From assembly GCA_030390025.1 (NCBI GenBank), contig CM059437.1, positions 73,160,001 through 73,224,000 of the forward strand: a stretch of DNA of 64,000 nucleotides. Reading direction: 5' to 3'. A program made the translations under genes and the position numbers. The DNA comes from Squalus acanthias. Its lineage: Eukaryota. Of the stretch, positions 1 through 12,278 are shown piece by piece (the stretch's first letter is position 1; the number at the start of each line of letters is the position of its first letter). The notes beneath the pieces are model-generated. The model was given only the letters and a program-made list of their open reading frames with translations. It ran no database searches and was not told the DNA's origin.

Positions 1-915
1 GTGTAGCATTTTTCTTGGATGACCTCTAGCTCTTTTCCCTCATGGCTTCTATTTAAGTTTGTCTGACACCGGGATTCCTAAGCATTTTCAGAAATCCCCT
101 TATCTTTCCCACAAAACTGGTGGGCAGGGGAACACACAACGTGTGGGACTTGCTAGTAGTGAGACATGACCGAGGAGCGTTGGGGCAATGATTGTCAACC
201 TACTCAAACCTGTGGTGTCAGATGCTGGGCATGCGCTCTCCATCAGTGCTGCCAGACTTGGTGATTCCCTGCAGTGCTGCTAGACCTGAGGACCCTCCCT
301 CTCTCTACTGACATGGCAACCAATGTGGCCCATCACTGGTTTGTTCCATTCCCATGATATTGCCCCAGCTTGAAGCCAGGGGGAGGGGGGTTATTTTCTA
401 CTCTCTGGGGGTTTCGAAGCACTGGGGTGCCAATCCTTGGGTTGAAAGGACTGGTGGAGGTCTTCAGTTTTGGCACCAACACTAGTTTGTTCCTGGGGTT
501 TGAGAGCAATGGGGGAACGTAATGTAAAGTTTAATCTCACTGGGGAGGAGTGCTTGAAGTTTGCCAGCAAGAGAGTATAGAGTTTGACAGTACTGCAGAG
601 GGGTAACATGAGGTTTGTGGAACCATGGGATGAGATAAATTGTTTGGCTTGCGAGGGTCTGGTGGCACTAGTGAGCAAGAGATCCAGAGTCTCTCATAAT
701 GGGAAAGGTCCTACAGTCTGGCAATACTGGGGGTTCCAAGTGTCTAGGGACACTCGAGGGGCTGGTCCGGAGGTGAGTCAGTTACTCAATGGGAGAGGGG
801 GTCACAGATCTGGCAATATTAGAGGGAGTGGCAGAAATGGGAAGAGAGGTAATTTTTAAAAATTCTACTTGGGTGGAGCAGTCTCCCTAAAAGCCTCAAG
901 TCTAATTATTGTTGA

Positions 916-1014
916 AATAAAAACAGAAAATGCTGGAAATACTCAGCAGGTCAGGCATCATCTGTGGAGAGAGAAACAGTTAATGTTTCAGGTTGATGAC
1001 CTTTCATCAGAACT
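916..1014 (-). mobile_element. Solo Penelope-like terminal fragment with target-site duplication
   Basis: Closely similar to 54840-54939; flanked by the direct repeat ctaattattgttga at 902-915 and 1013-1026. Confidence 0.85.
978..1014 (-). ncRNA. Minimal type I hammerhead ribozyme motif (Penelope-associated)
   Basis: Minus strand AGTT-CTGATGA-A-AGGT catca ACCT-GAAA-C-ATT-AACT: both core boxes, stem II and stem I present; stem III imperfect. Confidence 0.7.
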
Positions 1015-1914
1015 AATTATTGTTGAGCTCAGGTCAGTTAGTGTTTAATTGTTGTTTGGTCAGAGAACTTTGTAAATTGGAAAGTGCTAGTCAGTTCAGG
1101 CTGTATTATACCATGTAATGCACTATGTATCATTCTGCTACTAAGGTGGAGTTCTATTTAAGGTGTCCTGACCATTTAAGACCACTGTGTCTAATTGCTA
1201 TAAGTACACAGGTTGAAGTCATTCAGTTGTTTGGTGAGTGAAATTTGTTGGTTGGAATTTGTTTTGCTAGTTTCAGACTGCAGCTCAGAAATCCCGGCAT
1301 TTTAAGATTGCATTGTATCTGTACCAAAGTCTGATGTCTGTTCATACCAGACATACCATTTAAAATGTATTAATAGATTAAGATAGACTTAGAATGGCAT
1401 AGCATTTTACAGCACAGAAACAGGCCATTCGGCCAACGGATCTATGCCGCTGTTTATGCTCTCTACAAGTCAAAAAAGTAAGCACTCCCGCTCCTTTGAG
1501 CCGAGAGAATAAATTTTCCTTTTGAGAATAAATACATAATAGCAAACCTCTTGTGGCCTTATTCACAAAAAGTCAGGTATTCTGCTCTTTTATAAGGGCA
1601 GGAGTGTTATACCATGTAATGCAGAATGCAATATTTAGTTGAGATGGAATTTTGTTTCTTCAAGGCAACAAGTAAACAAAGATACAGGTCATTCAGGATT
1701 TAATTGTTTGGCCAGGGAAGTTTGCAGCTGGAATGTGTTCATTAGTTTCAGGGGATTAGAAATGCATATCCGAAGCACCCAGCATTTTAATATTGTTTTG
1801 CATCTGTAGTAAATTGTGACATATCGAATGTGACATCTGCATATGTATTGGTTTTTAATATATTACTAGTGAATCTCCTGTGCCACTGCAGAATGGCTTT
1901 TTAAAAATAAGGAC

Positions 1915-2542
1915 AGGTGCATACATCAGGAAGGATATACGGCCTTTGAGTGGGTGCAGCGCTGCTTCACCAGAATGATACCGGGGTTTAATGGGTTAAA
2001 TTATGAGGACAGGTTACAAAGACTAGGCTTGTATTCTCATGAGTATAGAAGATCAAAGGGTGATCTAATTGAGCTGTTTATGATGAAATGATGTGATAGG
2101 GTAGATAGTTTATTTCCTCTGGTGGGAGAGTCCAATGTTGATGTGCAAGTTCTTGCATAATTTTAAAATTAGAGCTGGACCTTTCTGGGGTGAAGTCGGG
2201 AAGCATTTCTTCAAGTATCTGGAGTTAGATCGCAGATCAGCCATGATCTCGTTGAATGGTGGAACAGGCTCAAGGGGCTGAATGGCCTACTTCTGTTCCT
2301 ATGTTCACACAAAGGGTCGAAGAAGTCTGGAACTCTTTTTCCTCCGCGCCCCCGCCCCAAAATGCTGTTGAGGCTAGGTCAATTAAAAATTTCAAAACTG
2401 AGACTGATAGATTTTTGTTAGGCAAGGGTATTAAGGGATATGGAATCAAGGCAGGTAAATAGAGTTAAGATACAGATCAGTCATGATTTAATTGAATGGC
2501 GGAACTGGCTTGAGGGCCTGAATGGCCTACTTCTGTTCCTAT
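1915..2542 (+). mobile_element. CR1-type LINE 3' fragment with a second CR1 tail (about 2215-2302) nested inside
   Basis: Decayed RFTRMIPG...YEDRL...FTQRV...WNS coding remnants; the tail gaatggcctacttctgttcctat occurs twice (about 2280 and 2520). Confidence 0.8.
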
Positions 2543-3424
2543 ACCATGTCGCTCACTATTATTCTGCTAAAGTGCAACTGTGTCCCAAGGCATAACTGCT
2601 GTTTATTCATGAAATTAATCTTTGGATCAATTACAGGTCTGACTGGCTTTCTGTCTCCAAGTATTTGAGATTCCAAAATCTAATACTTAAGTAAACACAA
2701 ACTCAGGTTAATCATAGTTTACAGGCATTCTGGCTCGTCTGTCAGATGACTGCCTTTGTTTTTTATCAAATGTAAACAGGAATTTCTGTGCAACACTCAA
2801 GTATAATGGACAGGAAAAGTGCACTTTCTGCACAGTTCTTATTCTATAGATCTATACAATAGATAATAGTTGTTTGGGCTGACTAAGTGGAAGTACCCAA
2901 TTCAGTGCAAACATAACCAGATTTAAAATGTAATAGCGTAACTGGCAGAATACGTGTTATCACTTCAATATTGCTGATCTATTAGACTGGCACGAGCTAA
3001 ATTATGCTCCACTGTGTCTGGACGACGTTGGTTATTCTGCTGGTTATTAGTAATAGAACTCAGTTTATTTTTAAGCGGCTCAAATGTAATGTGTTGGGTT
3101 GCTTTGTAGCAGCTTAGTGGAGAAGAATCTTTATGTAAGCGCGTGTAAACAACAAACTTCTAAAGGGCTTTTTTTTTTACACTTTTACTAGTTTTGGGGC
3201 TGAATTCAATGCATGAAGGAAGCTGAAGTCGAAATGCAATTTGCATGATTTTGGAAGTTAGCAATAGAGAGAAGGGCAGGTGTGTTTATCCAGCCTTGTG
3301 TTGCACAGTTGGCTCGTCTGATCCTGTGATTAGATATGGTTTAGTTTTAATTCACACTTTATTTAGATAAAACAAAAATGTTAATTCTTTACTTATAATA
3401 CAGCTTTGTGTTGTCTTTCTGTAG

Positions 3425-3549
3425 GTTGGTGGTACAAAAGCAGGAGTAGTGCGCTTCCTGGGAGAGACTGACTTTGCCAAAGGGGAATGGTGTGGAGTGG
3501 AACTGGATGAACCCCTCGGAAAGAATGATGGAGCTGTGGCTGGAACCAG
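3425..3549 (+). CDS. CLIP1: CLIP1 exon, second CAP-Gly domain (125 nt, phase 0-2)
   Basis: ctgtag|GTTGGT...ACCAG|gtttgt; [42 protein letters not shown] with the GKNDG motif. Confidence 0.98.
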
Positions 3550-4766
3550 GTTTGTTTGGGATGATGTGCACTGTTTACAGTAGAGCCCTTTGAAAACATG
3601 CCATTTATAAAACATTTCATTATTTTCAGAACCTGGCAGATTAGCATTTGATGAACTAGAAAGCCTCAAGTTCAGTTACAATAAACAACTCGAATTGAAA
3701 TAGTTACTTTCTTGATTTGAAAGAATAATTCATAACCTAGAGGATATGTTGCATGGTGTGCTTTTATCAGGCTGGGGTCTTCACCTGAAATTAACTTTAC
3801 AACTAAAATATCTTTCTAAGGGAAAAAAATTATGATTGGCTCAAATTAATTCTCTTCAATTAACAATCAAATATCTAATTGACTGTGTATGAATCAAAAA
3901 AAGCAAAAAATTACCAATGATGATTAAGTAACCAGCAGAAAAACACGCAATTAAAAAGCCAAGTTTTCCTTTTTTTTCCTTTTTCATGCAGTTTGAACTA
4001 TTGAATAAAACTTTTGAGGTAATAGTGTTGTTTGGGACAAGGTTATTTTTTTGTTATCAAAAGGAGCTGATGTTTGTGCCAGGCCCAGAGAGGGGATATT
4101 TGAATTGTTTAATGTTGATTATGGATATTGCAGCTGGATCAGTCAGTCAGTTAGACCCGAAACACCACCTGTTCAGGTGCTGTTTACCGTGGGGGAAAAA
4201 CCTCATTTCATTGGGCAGTGTTAATGAATGATAGCTCAGCAAGATGAACAGGACCACATGGGAAGGAAGGAGGAGAAAATATATTTTATAATCTAAATAA
4301 CCACAAGAAATCAAAGGTGCAAGTAACTGGCAATAAGAGCTTTTGGGGAGGAAAGGACAAAATTATGTAGATTTTAAGTTTTGTCACGTGATATTATTAC
4401 AGGCTGTGAGACCTGTATCTTTCAGCATCTGTAAGACATCTCATTTTTACCTTGAGTCAGTCATTTGATACATTGCGGTAAATTTGCTGCATTACCGTGA
4501 TGGGCCAACCGCCATCGCATTTACATTACTCAGTTATTCACTCTGACCTCTCAGATGGGTTTCCACTAAATGAATTGAATATGCCTTAAAATACAAAGAA
4601 ATCAGCAACTCCCAACATAGAGTTCTTTATCTGTGCACAGACTAAATCATGATACCATTGTGCTTCATAATTTTTCAAACAATATTTTCTGGTGCATTGG
4701 CAAAGAAATGGAGTTCTTTTTTAAATTGATCTGAGATTCATTCTGTGTACAGATGATGAACTTTAT

Positions 4767-5570
4767 AGAAAGACTTGCATTTATGTAGTGCCTTTCACGA
4801 CCTCAGGATGTCCCAAAGCACTTCACAGCCAATGAACTTTTGAAGTGTAGTCACTGTTGTAATGTAGGGAAATATGGCAACGGTGTACTGTGTCTGCAGT
4901 GTGTACCATCTACAAGATGCACTGCAGCAACTTGCCAAGGCTTCTTCAGCAGCACCTCCCAAGCCCGTGACCTCTTCCACCTAGAAGGACAAGGGCAGCA
5001 GGCGCATGGGAACACCACCACCTCCAAGTTCCCCTCCAAGTCTCACACCATCCTGACTTGGAAGTATATCGCCATTCCTTCATCATCGCTGGGTCAAAAT
5101 CCTGGAACTCCCTCCCTAACAGCACTATGGGAGTACCCTCACCAAACGGACTGCAGTGGTTCAAGAAGACAGCTCACGGGCAATTAGGGATGGGCAATCA
5201 ATGCTGGCCTTGCCAGCGACGCCCACATCCCATGAACAAATAAAAAATAAAAAAATTCACACACAGCAGGATCACACAAACCGCAATGAGGTAAATGACC
5301 AGTTAAATAATTTTAGTGATACTGGTTGGGGGACAAATGTTAGCCAGGACACAAGAACAACTCCCCTGCTCTTTTATGTCTACCCAAGAGGGCAGACATA
5401 ACCTCGGTTTAATATCTCATCTGAAAGACAGCACCTCCGAAGTTCAAGCACTCCCTCAATACTGCACTGAAGTGTCAGCCATAAAGTTAGTGCTCAAGTC
5501 CTGGAGTAGGCTTGAGCCCACAAGCTTCTGACTCGGAGGCAAGAGTGCTACCACTGAGACGAAGCTGACA
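4767..5570 (-). mobile_element. DeuSINE (SacSINE1-like), interrupted by a LINE insertion
   Basis: Minus strand tRNA-like head (ctcagtggtagcactcttgcctccgagtcagaag), Deu-domain-like ggaggtgctgtctttcagatgagatattaaaccgagg, L2-like tail ataaatgcaagtctttct. Confidence 0.8.
4882..5255 (+). mobile_element. LINE 3' end (CR1/L2-group family, same as 63113-64000) nested in the DeuSINE
   Basis: SFIIAGSKSWNSLPNST remnant, A-rich tail at 5238-5255, high similarity to 17536-18342 and 63113-64000. Confidence 0.85.
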
Positions 5571-5650
5571 ACTTAAGTGAAATATTGATTTTGATCGGTA
5601 AGGCACATTCAATTGAGTTACTGAACACAGATTTGAGAGGCCAGAGTGAA

Positions 5651-6167
5651 TAGAAACATAGAACATAGAAAAATAGTTGCAGGAGTCGGCCATTCGGCTC
5701 TCGAGCCTGCTCCGCCATTCAATATGATCATGGCTGATCCTCTATCTCAATACCATATTCCCGCTCTCTCCCCATACCCCTTGACGCCTTTTGTGTCTAG
5801 AAATCTATCTATCTCCTTCTTAAATATATTCAGTGACTTGGCCTCCACAGCCTTCTGTGGTAGAGAATTCCACAGGTTCACCACCCTCTGAGTGAAGAAA
5901 TTTCTCCTCGTCTCAGTCCTAAATGTCCTACCCCGTATCCTGAGACTGTGACCCCTCGTTCTCGACCCCCCAGCCAGGGAAAACATCCTCCCTGCATCCA
6001 ATCTGTCTAGCCCTGTCAGAATTTTATACGTTTCAATGAGATCCCCTCTCATTCTTCTAAACTCTAGTGAATACAGGCCTAGTCGACCCAATCTCTCCTC
6101 ATACGACAGTCCTGCCATCCCAGGAATCAGTCTGGTGAACCTTCGCTGCACTCCCTCTGTGGCAAGT
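5651..6167 (-). mobile_element. CR1-type (HER1-like) LINE, 5'-truncated
   Basis: ORF 5747..6151 QRRFTRLIPGMAGLSYEERL...FFTQRVVNLWNSLP; (TTCTATGT)n tail; many CpGs retained, so relatively young. Confidence 0.92.
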
Positions 6168-6526
6168 AGTCAAGTAATGTAAATTGCACCTGGACGATGC
6201 CTTTTAAAGGGGGGAAAAAAAAGGTAGCATACAAGACTATATATGATAAGCATTAGTTTAGTTAGTGACAACTGTATTGTCAATGGTTATTACGGTGTCA
6301 CCGATGGTGCGGCCGGCTTCCTTGTCAACAGTTACTCCGTTAATTTATTACTAATCCATATTTGAGCTGTTTTCATAACATTGGTGAGTGGTTCAGGGTT
6401 GCCTTTATTATATAGGGCATTGTTGGCACTAACCCTATCTCCATTAAGTAAGTTTTAAAAAAGTGAAGTTTACTGCACTAATTTAAAAAAAAAAGTTTGA
6501 AAAGAATACTTTTTACCTTTTGTCAG

Positions 6527-6743
6527 ATATTTTCAATGCCAGACAAAGTATGGTCTGTTTGCACCAGTTCACAAGGTTAGCAGAATTGGATTTCCCTCGA
6601 CGACACCAGCTAAAGCCAAGACAACTGTACGAAAAATGGTAGCAACCCCATCAAATCTCAAGCGCAGTCCTAGTGCATCATCCATCAGCTCTTTGAGCTC
6701 TGTAGCTTCTTCTATCGGTGGTAGACCTAGTCGTTCAGGATTG
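6527..6743 (+). CDS. CLIP1: CLIP1 exon, end of CAP-Gly2 and Ser-rich region (217 nt, phase 2-0)
   Basis: tgtcag|ATATTTT...GGATTG|gtaagg; [31 protein letters not shown]...[29 protein letters not shown]. Confidence 0.97.
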
Positions 6744-6889
6744 GTAAGGAATTACATTAATCTCAACCTGTTTAATCTATCCTAGCCATTTTGTAAATGG
6801 TGTTTAATGTTAAATTTTAAGATGTATTCAGAAAAAATATTAGTTGATTTCCTGTGGTGTTGTATACGGGGAGTCAGATAAAGGGCATT

Positions 6890-8090
6890 TTTGGAAAGGG
6901 GAGAGGAGGAAGAGATTGGCAAAGAAAGTATGGGAGAGTGGAGAGGAGTGGAGAAGGTGAGGACAAGGGAGGGGGAGTGGGTGAGGTGGACGAGAAGGAA
7001 GGAGAGAATGGGGCAAGGGACTGGGGATGGGGTAAGGAGAGGGGGAGATGATTGGGTGGGAGAGTGGGGTATGAGGGCAGGGAAAGGAAGCGGAAATGGG
7101 AGACAGAGGGGAAGAGGAGTGATGGGAGGGGAAGGTGAGGAGTGGGGGAACAGAGGAAGGGAGGAATGAGAGAATGAGAGAAGGTGAGAAATGGGAAGTG
7201 AGAAGGGGAAAAGGAGAGGGACTCATGGGAGGGCAGTGAGGCGAGGAGGAAGGGAGAAAAAGTGGCTTTTGCCTCCAGAGGTTGGGAGTCTACCAATTTT
7301 CTTCAAAAGTGATGGGCTGGGGAATTACTTTTGATTCAACACGGGTTGGTGGGGGGGGCGGGGGGAAGGAGGTCATTGATTTGCAGGGGGAGGGGGAAGA
7401 AGGAGGGTGGCAAGAGAGGGGGTTGAGGTAGGGGAGGGAAGAAGAGGGGGGAATGTGAATAGGAGAATTTGACTCAGCAAGGATGGGGGAATTTCTCTGC
7501 TGCTTTTGCATCAACGGGACTGATTTTGCTTCAATTTGGGTGAGGGTTGCCAGCAGCCAGTTTTAGTTGGGGAAGGCTGGCTGCCAATTTGTGTCTCGGC
7601 GGGAGGGGGTTGGGGGGTGGGGGGGAAGAGAAGGAGGCGAGAAGGGAAAAAGAGGCAGAACGGTGCTTACCTCAGCTGGTTGGGGGGGTGGGGCAGGGTG
7701 GCACTTTTTGCTACTGGGGTGTCCAGGTCTCATTAGACTTCAGCTGGAGGATGTGTTACCACTCCCCAGCTTCAGTCTGGTGAGGGTGGGGCGGGGTGGG
7801 GGGGAACCAGGCTGACGATTTGTGCCTCAGCAGGGAGGGGTAGACAGAGGGGGAAGAGAAGGTGGGGATAAGGGGAGGGGAAGTAAGTGGGAGGTAAGCA
7901 GAAATGGCGGGGGGGAAGGGTCAAATGGATGTTTACCTCATTGTGGTGGGAGGGTTTCTTAGTGATAACTTTGCCTCAACAGGGAGAGAGGTCGGTGCTA
8001 CTTTTCCTTCAGTTGTTGGGTGGGGGGCGGGGGGCGGGGTTTAGTTGCCAGTAGCCATTTTAATGTCAGTGTGCGGGGGGATGGGGCAGC
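6890..8090 (+). repeat. Purine/G-rich low-complexity tract plus degenerate G-rich minisatellite
   Basis: 6890-7260 is overwhelmingly G/A; 7260-8090 has recurring TTTGCCTCAGC-like cores followed by G-runs. Confidence 0.8.
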
Positions 8091-9197
8091 AGGTTTGTAA
8101 TTGTGTTCTGTGATTTCTTCTCCATTCTGTGGTACATCTTACACTTAACGGGAATTCCCACTATCTTCAACTCTGTGTTTGTGAATCCTGTTAGCACTTT
8201 TAAGTTTAGCATTGTCAATATTGTTTTTGGCTACCTTGTCTGTAGCTTCAGATATATGAGACTTTGCTATATTCAGTTTGCTGTGCTATTCAGTCAGCGA
8301 GTGGCCGTGGCTGGTCACACTTGCCTTTATGGCCAGCCACTTAAATTCACTCCCTAAATTCATCTTATCATTCCTCTATCCAGTTCCAACATTCTGCTTA
8401 GATTTTTAATGTTTCCCTAGTTTTGTTGTTCTATTATTTTTGTTCATCGTGTGTTATTCCCAAGGTGGGTGATTAACTTTTCCTTTCAGTGGCCCTCTCA
8501 TGTAACATTAGGTAATGTAACTTTATGCTCGCAACGCCATCTACAAGTGCAATGCCCTTGGAATGTTGCGATTACGCACCATTTTTAATATATAATAGGC
8601 ATTCACATTGTTTGGGTGATTGAATTTATTTTCCTACTATATTTGATGTAAAATGTCAGTATAAGAAACAGTAAGAGCTCTGCTCAAATTACAGCCAAAT
8701 AATTGGTTTATCCTCTGGGTTATTAAAATAACACCGAATTCTTCCTTACTTCACCTACAATAGCACTTTTTAACTGTCTCAGTCCAGAGTGGTTACATAC
8801 TTGCTCCAGCTCAATACTCACTGAAGGTTTAAATCTCAATGAAAGTTATCTGTACTGTGTTCTTTGGTAGACGAACTGCTTGTGTATTTCTCAATGCAAC
8901 CAGCCAGTAGTTGATGTGGATAAGGACCACTGATTTTTTCTGTCTCCTTTTTCCTTGTCTGGTCAGTATGTTTTTTTTCAACCAGCCAGGTCATAGAGCA
9001 TATTTGTCAGTGAGTAGCCCACAGTTTTGCTTTACCCACTCATCCTAGCTAAGCTGTTGGAGAGAAGATCGCAATACAGGAGAGGGGAAGAGTTGAGCAA
9101 CGGGGGGGGAAATGAATTTTCCAGTCAAAAAGGAATCTGCTATAATAAACACAAATTCAACTGTCATAATGACTGAGCTGTCGAACATTTTCTCCAG

Positions 9198-9395
9198 CTA
9201 ACGGAAACATCCTCACGTTATGCAAGAAAAATTTCAGGCACCACTGCATTACAGGAGGCTTTAAAGGAAAAGCAGCAGCACATTGAGCAGCTTCTGGCTG
9301 AACGAGACCTGGAAAGAGCAGAGGTTGCTAAGGCAACTAGCCATGTGGGAGAAATTGAACAGGAGCTCACATTACTTCGAACAGGTCATGAACAG
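9198..9395 (+). CDS. CLIP1: CLIP1 exon, start of coiled coil (198 nt, phase 0-0)
   Basis: ctccag|CTAACG...GAACAG|gtaaga; [57 protein letters not shown]... Confidence 0.97.
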
Positions 9396-10849
9396 GTAAG
9401 AACTTACTGAGACAGTGAGCTTAATTGGCTTTATAAACATTTCTAGAATGTACAATAGAAAATTGGATGTTAAGATTTATAATTACTTTATGATGGACAC
9501 CACAAGAGTCAGAAACGAAAATAGATTTGATGGAGAACAATATACTATTGAGAGTCTTTTTGGATTAGAAATACTGTGTCTTTTCTAAGAGGTGATGCTC
9601 TATTTTGGCCAGTAAAAAGGCGGCTTTATAAGGACCAGCAACATTGGTGTCGGGATCAGGTATAATGGGTCTGTGTCCAAACCTATTTCCAGCTCCTACC
9701 ATTATGTAATGTTAAAGATCAGCATAATTTCCATCCTTGGAAACCAAATTAGTTATATAATGTAACTAAAAGTTTATTATAACCTAGAGATGGTATCCAA
9801 CAATAATTCACATGAGCAGGTCTTTCACAGCCAGATTAGCAGTAAGGACATTTTAGGTCTCCATAAAGCTGCATACCTACTGGAAAGAGAGAATGACTTT
9901 CAGTGAAATTTTCTTCACAACCTTTCTTGGAAGGAATGCTTTTGACTTGTAAGAAAGATATATGTCCCTTGGAAAACTTTGTTGAGAATAAATGCAGTGA
10001 AATTTTTCAGAAAATAAAATTAACATTTGACATCGGATTTTACTTTTCAGAAATAAAGATTCATCTTGGTCGATTTATTGAGGGCCATTTATCCACCTAA
10101 TTCTTTAAAATGTTATAGGTCAAGGTTGGAGTTCGTTAGAAAACTCATAACAGCCAAAAGTTGCTTTCCGGGTGATTTATTTTAAAATGTGAACATTTTG
10201 CTTCCTTACATCTTTAACTCGTCACAAGCTTGTATGTCCTGTACTTGTCTGGTTTGTTTATTTTTAAACTGAATTCTTTATAAAATCTTTTTTCCATCAT
10301 CCTTTTCACAGTTCTTCCATCCTAATTATACTATTCATCACCATGCAACCTTCTCCACCTGGTGGGGTAGCATGGTCTGTGTTGTAGACGCCTCCATAGA
10401 TTAAGAGGCGCTCTATTGTATGGTGACTAGAAGCTATCTCCTAACTTTTTCATGTTGCATTTTATGAAATATTGGATATTCACCATTGTACATATGCACT
10501 ATTCTTACATAAAGTATTTTATATGAAGAGGACAGTTAAAGATGAGGTCCTGCGTTCATTTTGGGTTTGTACTTATGAACTTGGTCATTGTACCACTGGT
10601 GTATATGTTCACTCAAAACTAACTCCAGAAGGCAGTTGTTGCATTTTGTGGCAGGAGGATCAACGCAATTACCATGACAAATATGTCACAGTAACATTAC
10701 ATAAGTGATAAAGAAATTTCTATCATGTAGTGATGATTTAAGATAAACGTTTATACAGTGCCTTTAACAAAGAATATCCCACGGCACATCACTAATGGGT
10801 ATAAGGAAAACGGATGCCAAGCCAGGAAGGGAGAGCACTCGCGGGTGCG

Positions 10850-11008
10850 TTCCTCCTCTTCCCTCGCCCGCGACCCGGCTCCCTCCCCCTCCCGCGACCC
10901 CCGACCCCGACTCCCGCCCCCCCTCCCCCTCCCGCCTCCCCCTTCCGCCACCCCCCCTCCCCCTTCCGCCACCCCCTCCCCCTTCCGCCACCCCCTCCCC
11001 CTCCCCTC
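10850..11008. repeat. C-rich CpG-containing minisatellite
   Basis: About three copies of ccccttccgccaccccc(c)t plus cccgcgaccc/cccgaccc units. Confidence 0.85.
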
Positions 11009-11160
11009 AGATCTCTACTAAGTAGGCTGTTTGTCAATTGTAATGGATATGGGATAATAATCAATAGAAATCAACGGTTGCAACAATAGGATTTATCATG
11101 CACAAATAGTCTGCACTAAGTACCACTTAGTTTCAATATTCAGTTGTTCTTGTTCCATAT

Positions 11161-11607
11161 ATAGAAACATAGAAACTAGGAGCAGGAGTAGGCCATTCGG
11201 CCCGTCGAGCCTGCTCCACCATTCAATACGATCATGGCTGATCATCCAAATCCAGTACCCTGTCCCTGCTTTCTCACACAGAATCCCCATTGAGCCTGCA
11301 CTGACACATATCCCACCCTACCCCCGTAACCCCACGTATTTAATTCCCCCTAACATATCCCATCCTATCCCTGTAAACCCACATATTTTAATCCCCCCCT
11401 AACACTAAGGGTCAATTTATCATAGCCAAATCAACCTAACCCGCACATTTTTGGACTGTGGGAGGAAACCGGAGCACCCGGAGGAAACCCACGCAGACAC
11501 GGGGAGAATGTGCAAACTCCACACAGACAGTCACCCGAGGTCAGATTCGAACCCGGGTCTCTGGCGCTGTGAGGCACCAGTGCTAACCACTATGCCACCG
11601 TGTTGCC
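11161..11607 (-). mobile_element. HE1-like V-SINE, apparently full length
   Basis: Pol III A box (TGGCATAGTGG) and B box (GGTTCGAATC) on minus; V domain gtggagtttgcacattctccccgtgtctgcgtgggtttcctccgggtgctccggtttcctcccacagtccaaa; CR1-type tail. Confidence 0.92.
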
Positions 11608-11812
11608 ATCTTTATTAAATAACCCAGTAAATAGCAATGGTGTAAAATCTGTGTTTTTTAATGTTACTTGACATTACATTCATAAAAGTACATGATGCAA
11701 AGCATGTGGTTTTAATATGTTGTGTGCCAGTTTAGTGATGGGAAATGTAGGAGCCACTTAATGAACTTCTTGCAGTTTCCCACAATGTTAAAATTTCAGT
11801 CTTTTCATGCAG

Positions 11813-11916
11813 TATGTATTGGAGATGGAGGCAAAGATGGACCAGTTACGAGCGCTGGTTGAGGCTGCCGATAGAGAGAAGGTGGAGCTTCTGAACCAGT
11901 TAGAGGAGGAAAAAAG
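11813..11916 (+). CDS. CLIP1: CLIP1 exon (104 nt, phase 0-2)
   Basis: atgcag|TATGTA...AAAAG|gtaccc; [35 protein letters not shown]. Confidence 0.96.
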
Positions 11917-12278
11917 GTACCCGTTACTAACATGGATTTTGAAGTATTATCATTGTGACTTTCTTTTGTAAATGTACATTATAAAAATATACTGCAGCTT
12001 GTGGAAAAACTATTCTATATGGAGTCACCATCGTTACTGCAGATCAAACAAAGCTTTATTTGATATGAACCAACTCAGAAAGCTCAGTTATCCTTGAAAC
12101 TGCAGACACAATTTTACAGCAGCAATTTTCTAATATGCTTGTCTTCTGAGCATGGGTTCCTTCCTATCTTCCTAATATTGAACATTCAATACCTCCAGGA
12201 TATGATATTCTTTCCCCCCAAGAGAGTGTTGGTTGGCTCTTTCAGCAATTACTTCTTTGTCTTTGTCTTTATCAATAG

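Noticed and set aside
391-859. ORFs 391..678 and 584..859 as CLIP1 exons or another gene
   Set aside because: No CAP-Gly or other recognisable similarity and no convincing splice sites; probably decayed repeat
6840-7815. Pro/Ser-rich and Gly/Arg-rich ORFs
   Set aside because: Artefacts of stop-poor, low-complexity sequence
7260-8090. CRISPR-like repeat-spacer array
   Set aside because: The cores are short and degenerate, the spacers are low-complexity G-runs of variable length, there are no cas genes, and the context is a vertebrate intron
10751-11089. Overlapping poly-Pro/poly-Gly ORFs in all six frames
   Set aside because: Artefact of the C-rich minisatellite
11540-11607. tRNA gene
   Set aside because: The A and B boxes belong to the SINE head, and there is no complete cloverleaf
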